64,000 nucleotides of DNA from assembly GCA_013361955.1 (NCBI GenBank), contig JABFXA010000207.1, forward strand, positions 1,942 to 65,941, read 5' to 3'. Shown here piece after piece: positions 1 to 9,017 of this stretch. A program made the translations under genes and the position numbers. The notes beneath the pieces are model-generated. The model did no database searches and had not been told where the DNA came from. It saw only the letters and a list, made by a program, of their open reading frames with translations. Source of the DNA: Nocardioidaceae bacterium (GTDB lineage: Bacteria; Actinomycetota; Actinomycetes; Propionibacteriales; Nocardioidaceae). Within the stretch, counting starts at the first letter, position 1. Each line of letters opens with the position of its first letter.

Positions 1-147
1 GCTGGTGCAGCCGGGCTAGGGAACCCGGCCGGCCACTGCCGCGGTCAAGATATCCGGGCACGCGGCTGCACGGCAGCAAGAAACACTGTCGTTCACCTCC
101 GGGACCGGCAGATGTTCCCTGGTCGCGCCAGCTGGTCTAGGCGGGCG

Positions 148-591
148 TCAGCGCTCTTCCTCGATCAGCCGGTCGAGCGAGGCGTTGAACTCCTTGAGCA
201 GCCGGCCGAAGTCGGCCAGGTCGCCGCCGGGCCAGTCGGACAGCGCCTCGCGGAGCCGGCTCCGACGCCGGGACCGGGTGGAGTCCAGCACCTCGCGGCC
301 CTGGTCGGTGAGCGCCAGGATCGAGGCGCGCCGGTCGGAGGGGTCGGTGGAGCGCTCGGCCAGGCCGATCTCCTCGAGCGCCTGCACCTGCCGGGTGATC
401 GTCGACGGGTCCAGCCCGAAGGCGATGGCGAGCGCGCCGAGGCGCTGCGGCCCCTCGTCGGCGAGCTGGCACATGATGCCGTACGCCGACCGCTCGAGGT
501 TGACCTCGCCCGCCGTCGTGCTCAGGTGGATCTTGGTGTTGCGTCGCAGCAGCATGGTCAGCTGCTGCTCGATCTGGTGCGCCGTGTCCAT
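148..591 (-). CDS. MarR-family transcriptional regulator
   Basis: 147 aa; wHTH pattern LGALAIAFGLDPSTITRQVQALE...DPSDRRASILALT. Confidence 0.9.
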   Translation of the reverse strand: MDTAHQIEQQLTMLLRRNTKIHLSTTAGEVNLERSAYGIMCQLADEGPQRLGALAIAFGLDPSTITRQVQALEEIGLAERSTDPSDRRASILALTDQGREVLDSTRSRRRSRLREALSDWPGGDLADFGRLLKEFNASLDRLIEEER

Positions 592-752
592 GCCGCCGCC
601 TGCCCTTCGCCGGCCCCGGCCGGGCCTTTCGCAGGAGTGTACGGACGCGGCGACGCCGGGTCAGCCGACTCCGTCGAAGTCGCCCGACATCGGTCCGCGA
701 GGGCTCTTGACGGCCGTCGTCCGCGGGACGACCGTGAGGGGGGAGGTGCCGC

Positions 753-899
753 ATGTGGGTCTTCCTCATCGTGCTGGCCGTCGTCGCGCTCGTCGTGGTC
801 CTGGTCCTCCGGTGGCTGTCGCGCGACGGTCGGTCCTCCTCGCTCACCGACCCGCACCACCCGCGTCGGCCTGGCAGCGGTGCCGGCCTGTCGGGCTGA
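753..899 (+). CDS. small single-TM membrane peptide (48 aa)
   Basis: GGAGGT RBS before ATG 753; MWVFLIVLAVVALVVVLVLRWLSR... hydrophobic stretch then basic residues; below the ORF-track length cutoff. Confidence 0.55.
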   Translation: MWVFLIVLAVVALVVVLVLRWLSRDGRSSSLTDPHHPRRPGSGAGLSG

Positions 900-907
900 G
901 GAGACAG

Positions 908-1522
908 ATGGCGTTCTACGGCGACCAGGTGCTCCCGCGGCTCATCAACGTCGCCTGCGGCATGGGGCCGGAGGTCCGCGAGCTGCGTGAGCGGACCTGC
1001 GCCGAGCTGCACGGCGAGGTGGTGGAGATCGGGTTCGGGTCGGGGCTGAACGTGCCGCACTACCCCTCCGCCGTGGCGCGCGTCGCGGCCGTCGAGCCCG
1101 CCGATGTCGGCTGGCGGCTCGCGAAGGGCCGGGTGGCGGCCAGCCCGGTCCCGGTCGACCGTGCGGGCCTGGACGGACAGCGGCTGCCCTTCGCCGACGA
1201 CACCTTCGACTGCGCGCTGTCGACGTGGACGATGTGCACGATCCCGGACGTCGACCTGGCCCTGGCCGAGCTGCGCCGGGTACTGCGTCCCGGCGGCACC
1301 CTGCACTTCCTCGAGCACGGGCTGGCCCCGGACGAGTCGGTGGCCCGGTGGCAGCGCCGGCTGGAGCCGGTGCAGAGGCGGGTGGCCGGCGGCTGCCACC
1401 TCACCCGCCGGATCGTCGACCTGGTCGAAGGGGCCGGGTTCGTGGTACGGCAGGTCGACGTGTTCTACGAGAAGGGCGCACCGCGGTTCCTCGGCGCCGA
1501 CACCCTCGGCGTGGCCGGCTGA
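908..1522 (+). CDS. class I SAM-dependent methyltransferase
   Basis: VVEIGFGSG motif I, LPFADDTFD, STWTMCTIPD...RRVLRPGG; start at MAFYGDQV. Confidence 0.9.
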   Translation: MAFYGDQVLPRLINVACGMGPEVRELRERTCAELHGEVVEIGFGSGLNVPHYPSAVARVAAVEPADVGWRLAKGRVAASPVPVDRAGLDGQRLPFADDTFDCALSTWTMCTIPDVDLALAELRRVLRPGGTLHFLEHGLAPDESVARWQRRLEPVQRRVAGGCHLTRRIVDLVEGAGFVVRQVDVFYEKGAPRFLGADTLGVAG

Positions 1523-1626
1523 TCAGTTCCTGGTCAAGGCTCGTCGAGTCGTCCCCGCAAGGGCGGTCTCGGCGCTACGGTTTGGCGACGATCTGGGCGG
1601 TGACGGCTGCTGCACTGGGAGGAACG

Positions 1627-2859
1627 ATGACGCGCGACCGGGCTGCGCTCGTCGGCACCGGTGTCGCAGCCGGATGGCTGGTGGCGCTGATGGTCATCGA
1701 CGTCGCGCTGCCGCCGACCGTGGTCCCGGACGCCCTGCTGGGGCTCGCTCCGCTGATCGCGTGCGCGGTGCTCCCGGTGCGACCCACGGCGTTGTTCGCG
1801 GGCTGTGCCGCGCTGCTGGTGCTGTTCTCCGGCTGGTACAACCACACCTGGGGCACCGCCGAGCAGTGGATCCGGCTGGCCGACGTCCTGCTCACGGGCG
1901 GCGCCGCGATCGTGATCGCCGGTGTCCGGGTACGCCGGGAGCAGCACCTGGCGCGGGTCACCACGATCGCCGAGGTGGCCCAGCGGGCGATCCTCCCGAC
2001 GCTCCCTGGCTACACGGACGGCGTGGCCGTCGCCAGCCGGTACCTCTCCGCGTCGAGGGACGCCGTCGTGGGCGGCGACCTCTACGACTGCTGCCTCGAG
2101 GGCTACACCCGCTTCGTGGTCGGCGACGTGCGCGGCAAGGGCCTCGCCGGGGTCGAGCACGCGGCCCGGGTGATCCGCGCGTTCCGGCAGGCGGCGCCGA
2201 CCCGGGCCCGCCTCGGTGACGTGGCGGTCAGCATGCACGCCTACCTGCGACCGTTCCTGGGCCCCGAGGACTTCGTCACCGCCCTGCTGGTCGACGTGTC
2301 CGACCGGGACCTGGTCCGGCTGACGAGTTGCGGGCATCCGCCCGCGCTGCTGGTGCGTCGCGACGGCACCGCGACCCTCGTCGAGGTCCCGCACGGCCTG
2401 CCGCTGGGCCTCGGTGTCGAGGCCGGCGACATCGCGCTCCCGTGGTCGGCCGGCGACCGGCTGCTGCTGTACACCGACGGGCTCAGCGAGGCGCGCGACC
2501 CCCGGGGGCTCTTCCTCCCGGTGCGCGACGCCGCGCCGCTGATCGCCGGCGGCTCGCTCGACGAGGCGCTCGACGCACTGCTGGCCCGGGTCCGGGCGCA
2601 CGTCCCGGGCGGGCGGCTCGACGACGACCTTGCCGTGGTCCTGCTGGAGAACCGGCCCGTCGCCGAACCGGCCGGCCTACTGCGGGTCGCCGCGGAAGAA
2701 GCCGGAGCCCAGGTCGCCGATGACCGTGTCGAGGAGGTGCCCGCTGACGTGCAGTGGCCCTCGCCACGGCGCGCTGAGCGTGAAGAGCAGGGCCAGGCTC
2801 AGGCCGACCACGACGGCGATTCCCACCACGAGGATCGACGTCCGCAGGGTGCTGCGTGA
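1627..2859 (+). CDS. membrane-bound PP2C/SpoIIE-family Ser/Thr phosphatase
   Basis: N-terminal TM helices; VGGDLYD, VGDVRGKG, CGHPP, LYTDGLSEAR, DDDLAVV motifs; C-terminal tail runs antisense over the next fragment. Confidence 0.88.
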   Translation: MTRDRAALVGTGVAAGWLVALMVIDVALPPTVVPDALLGLAPLIACAVLPVRPTALFAGCAALLVLFSGWYNHTWGTAEQWIRLADVLLTGGAAIVIAGVRVRREQHLARVTTIAEVAQRAILPTLPGYTDGVAVASRYLSASRDAVVGGDLYDCCLEGYTRFVVGDVRGKGLAGVEHAARVIRAFRQAAPTRARLGDVAVSMHAYLRPFLGPEDFVTALLVDVSDRDLVRLTSCGHPPALLVRRDGTATLVEVPHGLPLGLGVEAGDIALPWSAGDRLLLYTDGLSEARDPRGLFLPVRDAAPLIAGGSLDEALDALLARVRAHVPGGRLDDDLAVVLLENRPVAEPAGLLRVAAEEAGAQVADDRVEEVPADVQWPSPRRAEREEQGQAQADHDGDSHHEDRRPQGAA

Positions 2860-3060
2860 CAACAGCGCGCCGGCGTTCACGATGAGTGCGACCCCGCTGA
2901 GCACCAGGGTGACGACATACAGCGTCGGTACGTCGCGCGAGGCGGCCACGATGCGGGCCCGGCGCGTGCTGGTGACGCTGTCCAGGGCGACCTGCAGCTC
3001 CGTGCTCGCCGTCGTGCCCACCTCGGGCCGGGCCGCCTCGGCGCGCACCAACCGCTCCAT
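2677..3060 (-). pseudogene. C-terminal fragment of a DUF4239 (bestrophin-like) membrane protein
   Basis: RRARIVAASRDVP...two TM helices...LLFTLSAPWRGPLHVS; in-frame TGA just upstream of the ATG; about half the expected length. Confidence 0.55.
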
Positions 3061-3265
3061 GTCTCACCCTCCGGGCACCAGCCGGGAGACGAGCCTCACG
3101 CCGGCTGTGGGGTGGTGTGGACCGACCTGGTGCCACCACTGCGGCGAGCTGGCCTTTCCGCTCGCCACCTCCTCCTGAGGCCCCGCGGGCCGGCCGCGCC
3201 AGGGTGAGGCTCGCCGGCAACACGACGACTATCGCCGGCTCGGGTCGGGGCTGCGGAGCACGCCG

Positions 3266-3562
3266 ATGGCTCACCCCGATACGCAGGCGGCCCTCGTCGG
3301 TCAGCGCCACGGGGCCGGGTACTTCACGTCGTTCTACGGCGACTCGCCCACCCACGGCATCCCGGACGCGTGGCGCCCGCACGCCTGGCCCAGGATCACC
3401 CGCTACGACGACCGCTGGCGTGGCTGGTCTGCAGCGTGGTGCCGGCGCTCCCGGAAGCTCGACGCGCAGACGTTCCTCCTCGACGCCAGCCTGCGCCGCA
3501 TCGCCGACGACGCCGGCGTGTACGGGTCGATGCCGTGCCTCCCGCCCCTCACACCCGGGTGA
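3266..3562 (+). CDS. hypothetical protein (98 aa)
   Basis: Fills the gap between genes, plausible composition, no recognisable motif. Confidence 0.35.
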   Translation: MAHPDTQAALVGQRHGAGYFTSFYGDSPTHGIPDAWRPHAWPRITRYDDRWRGWSAAWCRRSRKLDAQTFLLDASLRRIADDAGVYGSMPCLPPLTPG

Positions 3563-3574
3563 CGGCGGTCGGGG

Positions 3575-4459
3575 TCAGCTCTCCGGGAGGTCGACGACGG
3601 CGACCGGGCGGTCGGTGTCGTTGAGCACCTGCCGGCTCACCGACCCGAGCAGCACCCGTCGGACCAGCCCCTTGCCGTGCGTGCCCACGACGACCAGCTG
3701 AGCGTCGTCGGCGTTGCCGAGGAGGGCGTCGGCCGCCGGGCCCTCCACCAGGACCTGGTCGACGCTCACCGACGTACCGTCCCTGCCCTGGACCGCCTCG
3801 AGCGTCCGGGCCAGGACGTCGGCGGTCTCCGCCTCGACCTCTCTTCGGACCTGCGTGACGAGCTCGGGGTCGGCCCGGAACGCCTGGTGCATCACGTCGT
3901 ACGCGGCGACGGCGCGCACCGAGGTCGAGCGGACGGCAGCCTCGGCGAGGGCGTACCGGAGCGCGTTGGTGCCGAACGCCGAGTCGTCGACGCCCACGAC
4001 GACCGGGCCGCTCGTCGGGAACGCCCCGTCGCCGACGACGACCAGCGGGCACTTCGCCTGGGTCGTCAGCCGGTTGCTCACCGACCCCATCAGGGCGCTC
4101 GCGGCAGCGCCCAGGCCGCGTCGCCCGACGACGACGGCGTCGGCGCCCTCGGAGACCGCGGCCAGCACGTGCGCGGGATGACCCATCGTCGAGGTCAGCG
4201 TGCACGTCAGGTCGGGTGCCAGCTCCCCCACCCGTGCCGCAGCCGCGTCGAGCACGTGCTCGGAGAACTCGATCAACCAGTCCACCGGCTGGCTCGCTCC
4301 CAGGCTGTGGAAGCCGTAGAAGTCGAGGTCCGGGGTCAGGTGGTAGGCGTTGACCAGCTCGAGCCGCTCGCCGCCGAGGCGCGCCCTGGCCACCGCCCAC
4401 TCCAGTGCGCCCCCGCTCTGCTCCGAGCCGTCCACGCCGACGACGATCCGACCGGTCAT
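3575..4459 (-). CDS. universal stress protein (tandem USP domains)
   Basis: Two IVVGVDGS/VVVGVDDS starts and two VVG..G.G....L.GSVS motifs. Confidence 0.93.
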   Translation of the reverse strand: MTGRIVVGVDGSEQSGGALEWAVARARLGGERLELVNAYHLTPDLDFYGFHSLGASQPVDWLIEFSEHVLDAAAARVGELAPDLTCTLTSTMGHPAHVLAAVSEGADAVVVGRRGLGAAASALMGSVSNRLTTQAKCPLVVVGDGAFPTSGPVVVGVDDSAFGTNALRYALAEAAVRSTSVRAVAAYDVMHQAFRADPELVTQVRREVEAETADVLARTLEAVQGRDGTSVSVDQVLVEGPAADALLGNADDAQLVVVGTHGKGLVRRVLLGSVSRQVLNDTDRPVAVVDLPES

Positions 4460-4534
4460 CGGGTGACCTCCCCACGAGAGAACCGACGAGTCCGAACCTA
4501 GACCTCGTCGGCGCCTGCGCGCCTCGTCAGCCGC

Positions 4535-5719
4535 TCACAGCCCCCGCACGCGCAGCACCACGCCGGCGTGGTCCGACGGCCACAGCCCGGTCGCCGGGTC
4601 GCGCGGGTCGCCGTCCCGTCCGGTCACCCGGCCGCGGTCCGCGCTGAGCGCCCGCCCGTCCGCCGTACGCCCGAACACCATGTCGATGCGGTGCGTCCAC
4701 GACCCGGGAGTCGGCTCGTCGACGGTCTCGTCGAGCCCCGACGTGTCGCCCGCGTCGAAGCCCGGCAGGTCCGTGGGCCGGCCCGAGCCCCGCCACAGGT
4801 CGGTGTAGCCGCCGGCGCCGGTGATCAGCTCGTACGGCGCCTTGTGCGGCACGTGGTCGACGGGCTTGACCGAGTCGTTCGCGGGGTCGGAGTTGCAGTC
4901 GCAGACGAACACCGTGCTGCGGTCCGGCGACGTGGCCTCGTGGACCAGCTGGTTCGCCTGGGCCAGCGCGATGTCGGAGCTGAACGCCTCGAGGTGTGTG
5001 TTCACGAACCGGAAGCGCTGCGCGCCCGCCCGCACGTCCACCCACTGGTAGCCGCGGTCGAAGTCGAAGCTCACCCCGGCGACGCCGACCTGCAGGTTCA
5101 CGTCGTAGACGCCCTGGCCCTCGCCCTGCGTGGTCAGGCTCGCGGACGGGCGCATCAGCACCACGTCGCGCATGGTCAGCCGGACGTCGCGCGGGTCACC
5201 ACCGGGCGCGGCGATCGAGCCGGTGAAGCTCGGTGACTCGACGTCCGCCCGGTTCGCGACGCTCACCGCGACGTACGGCGTGCCGCGCTCGGCCAGGTCG
5301 TCGAGCAGGATCTGCAGGAAGTCGTAGTCGACCGTCGCGGCGTTCGGCACCCCGACCTGGTTCAGCTGCATCGGCCCGTGCCGCCACAGCGCGACCTCCT
5401 GCAGGCCGACCAGGTCGGGCTGCGCGTCGGCGATCTCCGCGGCCAGCAGCCGGCCGCGCACCCTGAAGTCCGTGCGGTCGACGACCGCGCGGGTCACGTG
5501 CGTCGCGTTGGCCAGCGCGGTGACGATGCTGGCCTGGTTGGCGCCCGGCTTCGCGGCGGCCTGCAGCGCCGCCTGGACCGGCCGGTTGATGTCCGCGCCG
5601 AGGTAGATGTTGCGGGTCATCACGGTCACGGGCTTGGCCGGTGGACCCTCCGCGTCCGCCGTACCCGTCATCGCCAGCGGTCCCAGCAGCATCCCGAGCG
5701 TGCACCCGAGTGCCACCAT
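4535..5719 (-). CDS. secreted endonuclease/exonuclease/phosphatase (EEP) family protein
   Basis: Signal-peptide-like N-terminus; VMTRN, LVGLQEV, VNTHLE, CDCN, RID, SDH motifs; start uncertain (5719-5815). Confidence 0.85.
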   Translation of the reverse strand: MVALGCTLGMLLGPLAMTGTADAEGPPAKPVTVMTRNIYLGADINRPVQAALQAAAKPGANQASIVTALANATHVTRAVVDRTDFRVRGRLLAAEIADAQPDLVGLQEVALWRHGPMQLNQVGVPNAATVDYDFLQILLDDLAERGTPYVAVSVANRADVESPSFTGSIAAPGGDPRDVRLTMRDVVLMRPSASLTTQGEGQGVYDVNLQVGVAGVSFDFDRGYQWVDVRAGAQRFRFVNTHLEAFSSDIALAQANQLVHEATSPDRSTVFVCDCNSDPANDSVKPVDHVPHKAPYELITGAGGYTDLWRGSGRPTDLPGFDAGDTSGLDETVDEPTPGSWTHRIDMVFGRTADGRALSADRGRVTGRDGDPRDPATGLWPSDHAGVVLRVRGL

Positions 5720-5838
5720 CCGTCGCCTCGACCTACCCACTGCGTCCCTCCCACAGGCTCGATGGTTCCTGAATCCTGGACTGAGCAGGGCCGGTTGTCC
5801 ACGGCCCACGCCCATGGGGATGCGGGTGGCGGAGCGGG

Positions 5839-6261
5839 TCAGAGCTCCTTGCGCATGTGGACGTCATCCCTGCCCGGGTTCGGCACCGACTCCCAGCGGA
5901 AGATCTCCCGGTAGCCGAGCCGCTGGTAGAAGCCGGGGGCCTGGAAGGTGAACGACGTGACGAACACGTGCGTGCAGCCTCGGCTCCGCGCCTCGTCCTC
6001 GAACGCCGTCATGGCGCTCGTGCCGACCCCGGTCCCCCGCTGGTCCTCACGGACCCAGGTCATCCCGATGCCGGCCGCCTGCCCCCAGGTCCATCCGGAG
6101 ACACCGGCGACCAGGCACCCGTCGTGCTCCACTCGAACGGTGAGCTCCTCGGCCGGCTCCACCCCGGACGTGGCCGCGGCGTTGTACGCGTCGAGCTCAT
6201 CGTTGAGCAGCTGGTCGAGGGCCGCATCAGCCTTTCCGATGGTCACGACCGTGTCCGTCAT
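5839..6261 (-). CDS. GNAT acetyltransferase
   Basis: WVREDQRGTGVG acetyl-CoA motif, SFTFQAPGFYQRLGY. Confidence 0.88.
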   Translation of the reverse strand: MTDTVVTIGKADAALDQLLNDELDAYNAAATSGVEPAEELTVRVEHDGCLVAGVSGWTWGQAAGIGMTWVREDQRGTGVGTSAMTAFEDEARSRGCTHVFVTSFTFQAPGFYQRLGYREIFRWESVPNPGRDDVHMRKEL

Positions 6262-6302
6262 GGGACGGATCGTGCCACAGCGAGCCAGGCGTCCGTGCTC
6301 CA

Positions 6303-6476
6303 ATGGCTCTGATGCTTGACGGCCCAGCTGTGCTCGGCGGTGTTGTCGGCTGGATGGCCTGGGGAGGCTGGCTCGGCGCCGGTCTCGGCGTTCTCGTGGG
6401 CGTGGCGGGAGAGCTGATCATCGGTCCTGCGGCGATTGCGCTGCGGGCCCTCGTCAAGCAGATGTCCGGCAGGTAG
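6303..6476 (+). CDS. small Gly-rich hydrophobic peptide (57 aa)
   Basis: MALMLDGPAVLGGVVGWMAWGGWLGAGLGVLVGVAGELIIGPAAIALRALVKQMSGR; GxxxG repeats; no clear RBS. Confidence 0.35.
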   Translation: MALMLDGPAVLGGVVGWMAWGGWLGAGLGVLVGVAGELIIGPAAIALRALVKQMSGR

Positions 6477-6627
6477 TGCGCGGCGTGCGCGATCCGTGTC
6501 TCCACCGTGTTCCGAGCGGACCGACACTCTCCACCGGGAAGCCGGCCTGATGAGGAACCGGTGGTCCACCACCTCTCTTCGTCCTCGAGCCCGCCTGAGC
6601 CCCAGCGCTCGCGAGGGCGACGCGGAG

Positions 6628-7191
6628 CTAGATCTCGCGGATGACCCTCGCCGGCGAGCCCACCGCCACGACTCCACCGGGAAGATCGCGAGTCACGACG
6701 GAACCGGCGCCGACCACCGTGTCGGATCCGATCGTCACTCCCGGACAGACGATGACTCCTCCGCCGAGCCACACGTTGTCGCCGATGACGATCGGCTCGG
6801 CAGCCTCCCACTTGTCCCTCCGTGGCTGGGGGTCCAGAGGATGCGTGGCCGTCAACAGCTGCACGTTCGGACCCATCTGCACGTCGTCGCCGATCGTCAC
6901 CCGCGCGACGTCGAGGAGGATCAGCCCCCAGTTGGCGAAGGTGCGCGCGCCCACGCTCGTCTGGTAGCCGTAGTCACAGTGCAGCGGCGGTCGGATCTCG
7001 CTCCCCTCGCCGAAGGCGCCGAGCAGATCGACGAGGAGCTTCCGGCGTTCGTCGCCGTCGTTCGGGTCCATGGTGTTGATCTGATGTGCCAGGCGTTGAG
7101 CACGCCGCGAGTCCTCGGCGAGCGCCGGGTCGTCGGCGATGTACAGCTCGCCGGCCAGCATCCGATCGCGCATGCTCCTGTGGTCGCTCAT
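6628..7191 (-). CDS. sugar (maltose/galactoside) O-acetyltransferase, hexapeptide repeat family
   Basis: MLAGELY, PPLHCDYG, IGDNVWLGGGVIVCPGVTIG, VAVGSPARVI. Confidence 0.93.
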   Translation of the reverse strand: MSDHRSMRDRMLAGELYIADDPALAEDSRRAQRLAHQINTMDPNDGDERRKLLVDLLGAFGEGSEIRPPLHCDYGYQTSVGARTFANWGLILLDVARVTIGDDVQMGPNVQLLTATHPLDPQPRRDKWEAAEPIVIGDNVWLGGGVIVCPGVTIGSDTVVGAGSVVTRDLPGGVVAVGSPARVIREI

Positions 7192-7219
7192 CCGGCCACG
7201 CTATCGACCACCGGCACGG

Positions 7220-8053
7220 TCACCCCGGCGGCGAGGTCGACCGGAGCTCGTCGAGCCCCTCGAGGCCGAGCCGGCGGCCGCTCGGGAGCTGGTCGCCTCG
7301 ATCCCAGCGCCAGGACGTGACCACCGCGAGCGCGAGCGTCCGGCACGCACGGAGCAGGTCCTCGTCGACCCCGGGGTAGTGCTCGCTGACGGCGTCCGGC
7401 GCATGGGCGAGGTCGAGCTCGACCGGACCGCGGCACACCGTCTCGAGGTCGACGAACAGCGGACCGGTGTCCGTGCGCAGCACGTTGCCCGGATGTGGTT
7501 CTCCGTGCAGCAGCTGCTCGGGGGCGCCACGCTCGCCGATCACTCGAACCAGGGTGTGCAACGTGGTGCCGAGGAACTCCCGGTCCCCGTCGGCGAGCCC
7601 CGGGGAGCGATGGCGGTCGCCCACCACGCGTTGGGCCTGCTCGACCCGGTCGGTGAAGTGCGGCGCACGGACCTCGAGCGCGCGCATGCCGGCATGCATC
7701 CGCGCGAGCGCATCCGCGTACTCGGCCGGCGGGATCTCCCCCGTCGTCACCGACTCGTAGAACGTCCACAGCGTGACGTCGAAGCCGTCATGCGCGTAGC
7801 AGCGCGGCTCCACCCGGGCCTCGAGCGCAGCGACCGGGCAGCCGGACTCGGCGAGCCGTTGGGCCAGGTCGATCTCGAACCGTGCGCCCTCGCGCCCGTC
7901 TCGCGCGACCCGTGCCAGCACGTCGCACGGCAGCAGCCGCAGGGTGAGCTTGTTCGAGTCGTGCAGGACGACCGCGTCGTCGGCCGCCAGACCGAGCGAC
8001 GAGGCGATGGAGCGAGCAGCGACCAACGCGCGTCGCGCCTCTGACGGCCGCAT
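7220..8053 (-). CDS. aminoglycoside-phosphotransferase-like (APH/ELK) kinase
   Basis: LLHGEPHPGN (Brenner-motif variant), FVDLET, DLA. Confidence 0.82.
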   Translation of the reverse strand: MRPSEARRALVAARSIASSLGLAADDAVVLHDSNKLTLRLLPCDVLARVARDGREGARFEIDLAQRLAESGCPVAALEARVEPRCYAHDGFDVTLWTFYESVTTGEIPPAEYADALARMHAGMRALEVRAPHFTDRVEQAQRVVGDRHRSPGLADGDREFLGTTLHTLVRVIGERGAPEQLLHGEPHPGNVLRTDTGPLFVDLETVCRGPVELDLAHAPDAVSEHYPGVDEDLLRACRTLALAVVTSWRWDRGDQLPSGRRLGLEGLDELRSTSPPG

Positions 8054-8142
8054 CGTCTCCTGGCCCCTCCCCCGCCGTGGTCCTCCACCTGGTGCAACCC
8101 GGGCACCGTAGCAAGGCGCGAGCGTCACTAGGGTCGACGGCC

Positions 8143-8694
8143 ATGAGCCGCCTCGTCCACCTCAACGGACCGCCCGGGATCGGCAAGTCGACGTTGGCGA
8201 GGTGGTACGTCGAGGACCATCCCGGTGTCCTCAACTGCGACGTGGACGTGCTCAGGACGCTGATCGGCGGTTGGCAGAGCGACTTCCCCCGCGCCGGCGC
8301 GCTCATCCGACCCGCGGCGCTGGCGATGATCCAGGCGTACCTCGGGGAGGGCCACGACGTGGTGTTCCCCCAGATGTTGATCGACCCTGCCGAGCTGGCC
8401 CGGTTCGAGGAGTCCGCCACGAACGTCGGTGCGCAGTACGTCGAACGCGTGCTCATGGACACCGCGGACGCGACGGTGGCGCGGTTCCACCGCCGGGGCC
8501 GATCCGGCCCCGACGATCCCTGGCACGACCAGGTGCGCCGGATCGTGGCCGACCAGGGTGGCGACGCGCTGCTGGCACAGAAGCACGCGGCACTCGAACG
8601 GCTTCTCGCGGAACGGCCGCACGCCGTCCTGATCACCAGCAGCGAGGGCGCGATCGAGGAGACGTACCGCTCACTCGTCGCGTCCTTGGGCTGA
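8143..8694 (+). CDS. P-loop NTPase / AAA_33 kinase-like protein
   Basis: N-terminal Walker A GPPGIGKST, 183 aa. Confidence 0.85.
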   Translation: MSRLVHLNGPPGIGKSTLARWYVEDHPGVLNCDVDVLRTLIGGWQSDFPRAGALIRPAALAMIQAYLGEGHDVVFPQMLIDPAELARFEESATNVGAQYVERVLMDTADATVARFHRRGRSGPDDPWHDQVRRIVADQGGDALLAQKHAALERLLAERPHAVLITSSEGAIEETYRSLVASLG

Positions 8695-8824
8695 CCGCGC
8701 TTCAGCTGGCGGGCGGGCGCGGCCCCGCAGTCCTGCCGGGACAGACGCGCCCGGACCGATGACTTCCACGGCGCCCGCCGGTCGGTACAGGCATCAGCGC
8801 AGTACCTGACGGGAGGTGGACAGC

Positions 8825-8956
8825 ATGGCCGCATCGATCGCCATCGAGGAGGACTCCGGCGTGTTCTCGGGCCACGTGCACTCCCACGACGGCTACTACG
8901 CAGGCGACTTCACCGAGACCTGGTCGGACGCCTCGACCACGTGGCGGCACGCCTGA
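8825..8956 (+). CDS. small ORF (43 aa), unknown function
   Basis: Strong GGAGGTGG RBS; MAASIAIEEDSGVFSGHVHSHDGYYAGDFTETWSDASTTWRHA; followed by a hairpin. Confidence 0.45.
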   Translation: MAASIAIEEDSGVFSGHVHSHDGYYAGDFTETWSDASTTWRHA

Positions 8957-8969
8957 CCGCACCCACGGG

Positions 8970-9002
8970 ACGAGCCCCACGCCCAGCGGGCGTGGGGCTC
9001 GT
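8970..9002. terminator. perfect 15-bp stem hairpin, probable bidirectional terminator
   Basis: acgagccccacgccc-agc-gggcgtggggctcgt between convergent genes. Confidence 0.75.
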
Positions 9003-9017
9003 TCGCGGTCGACCGGG

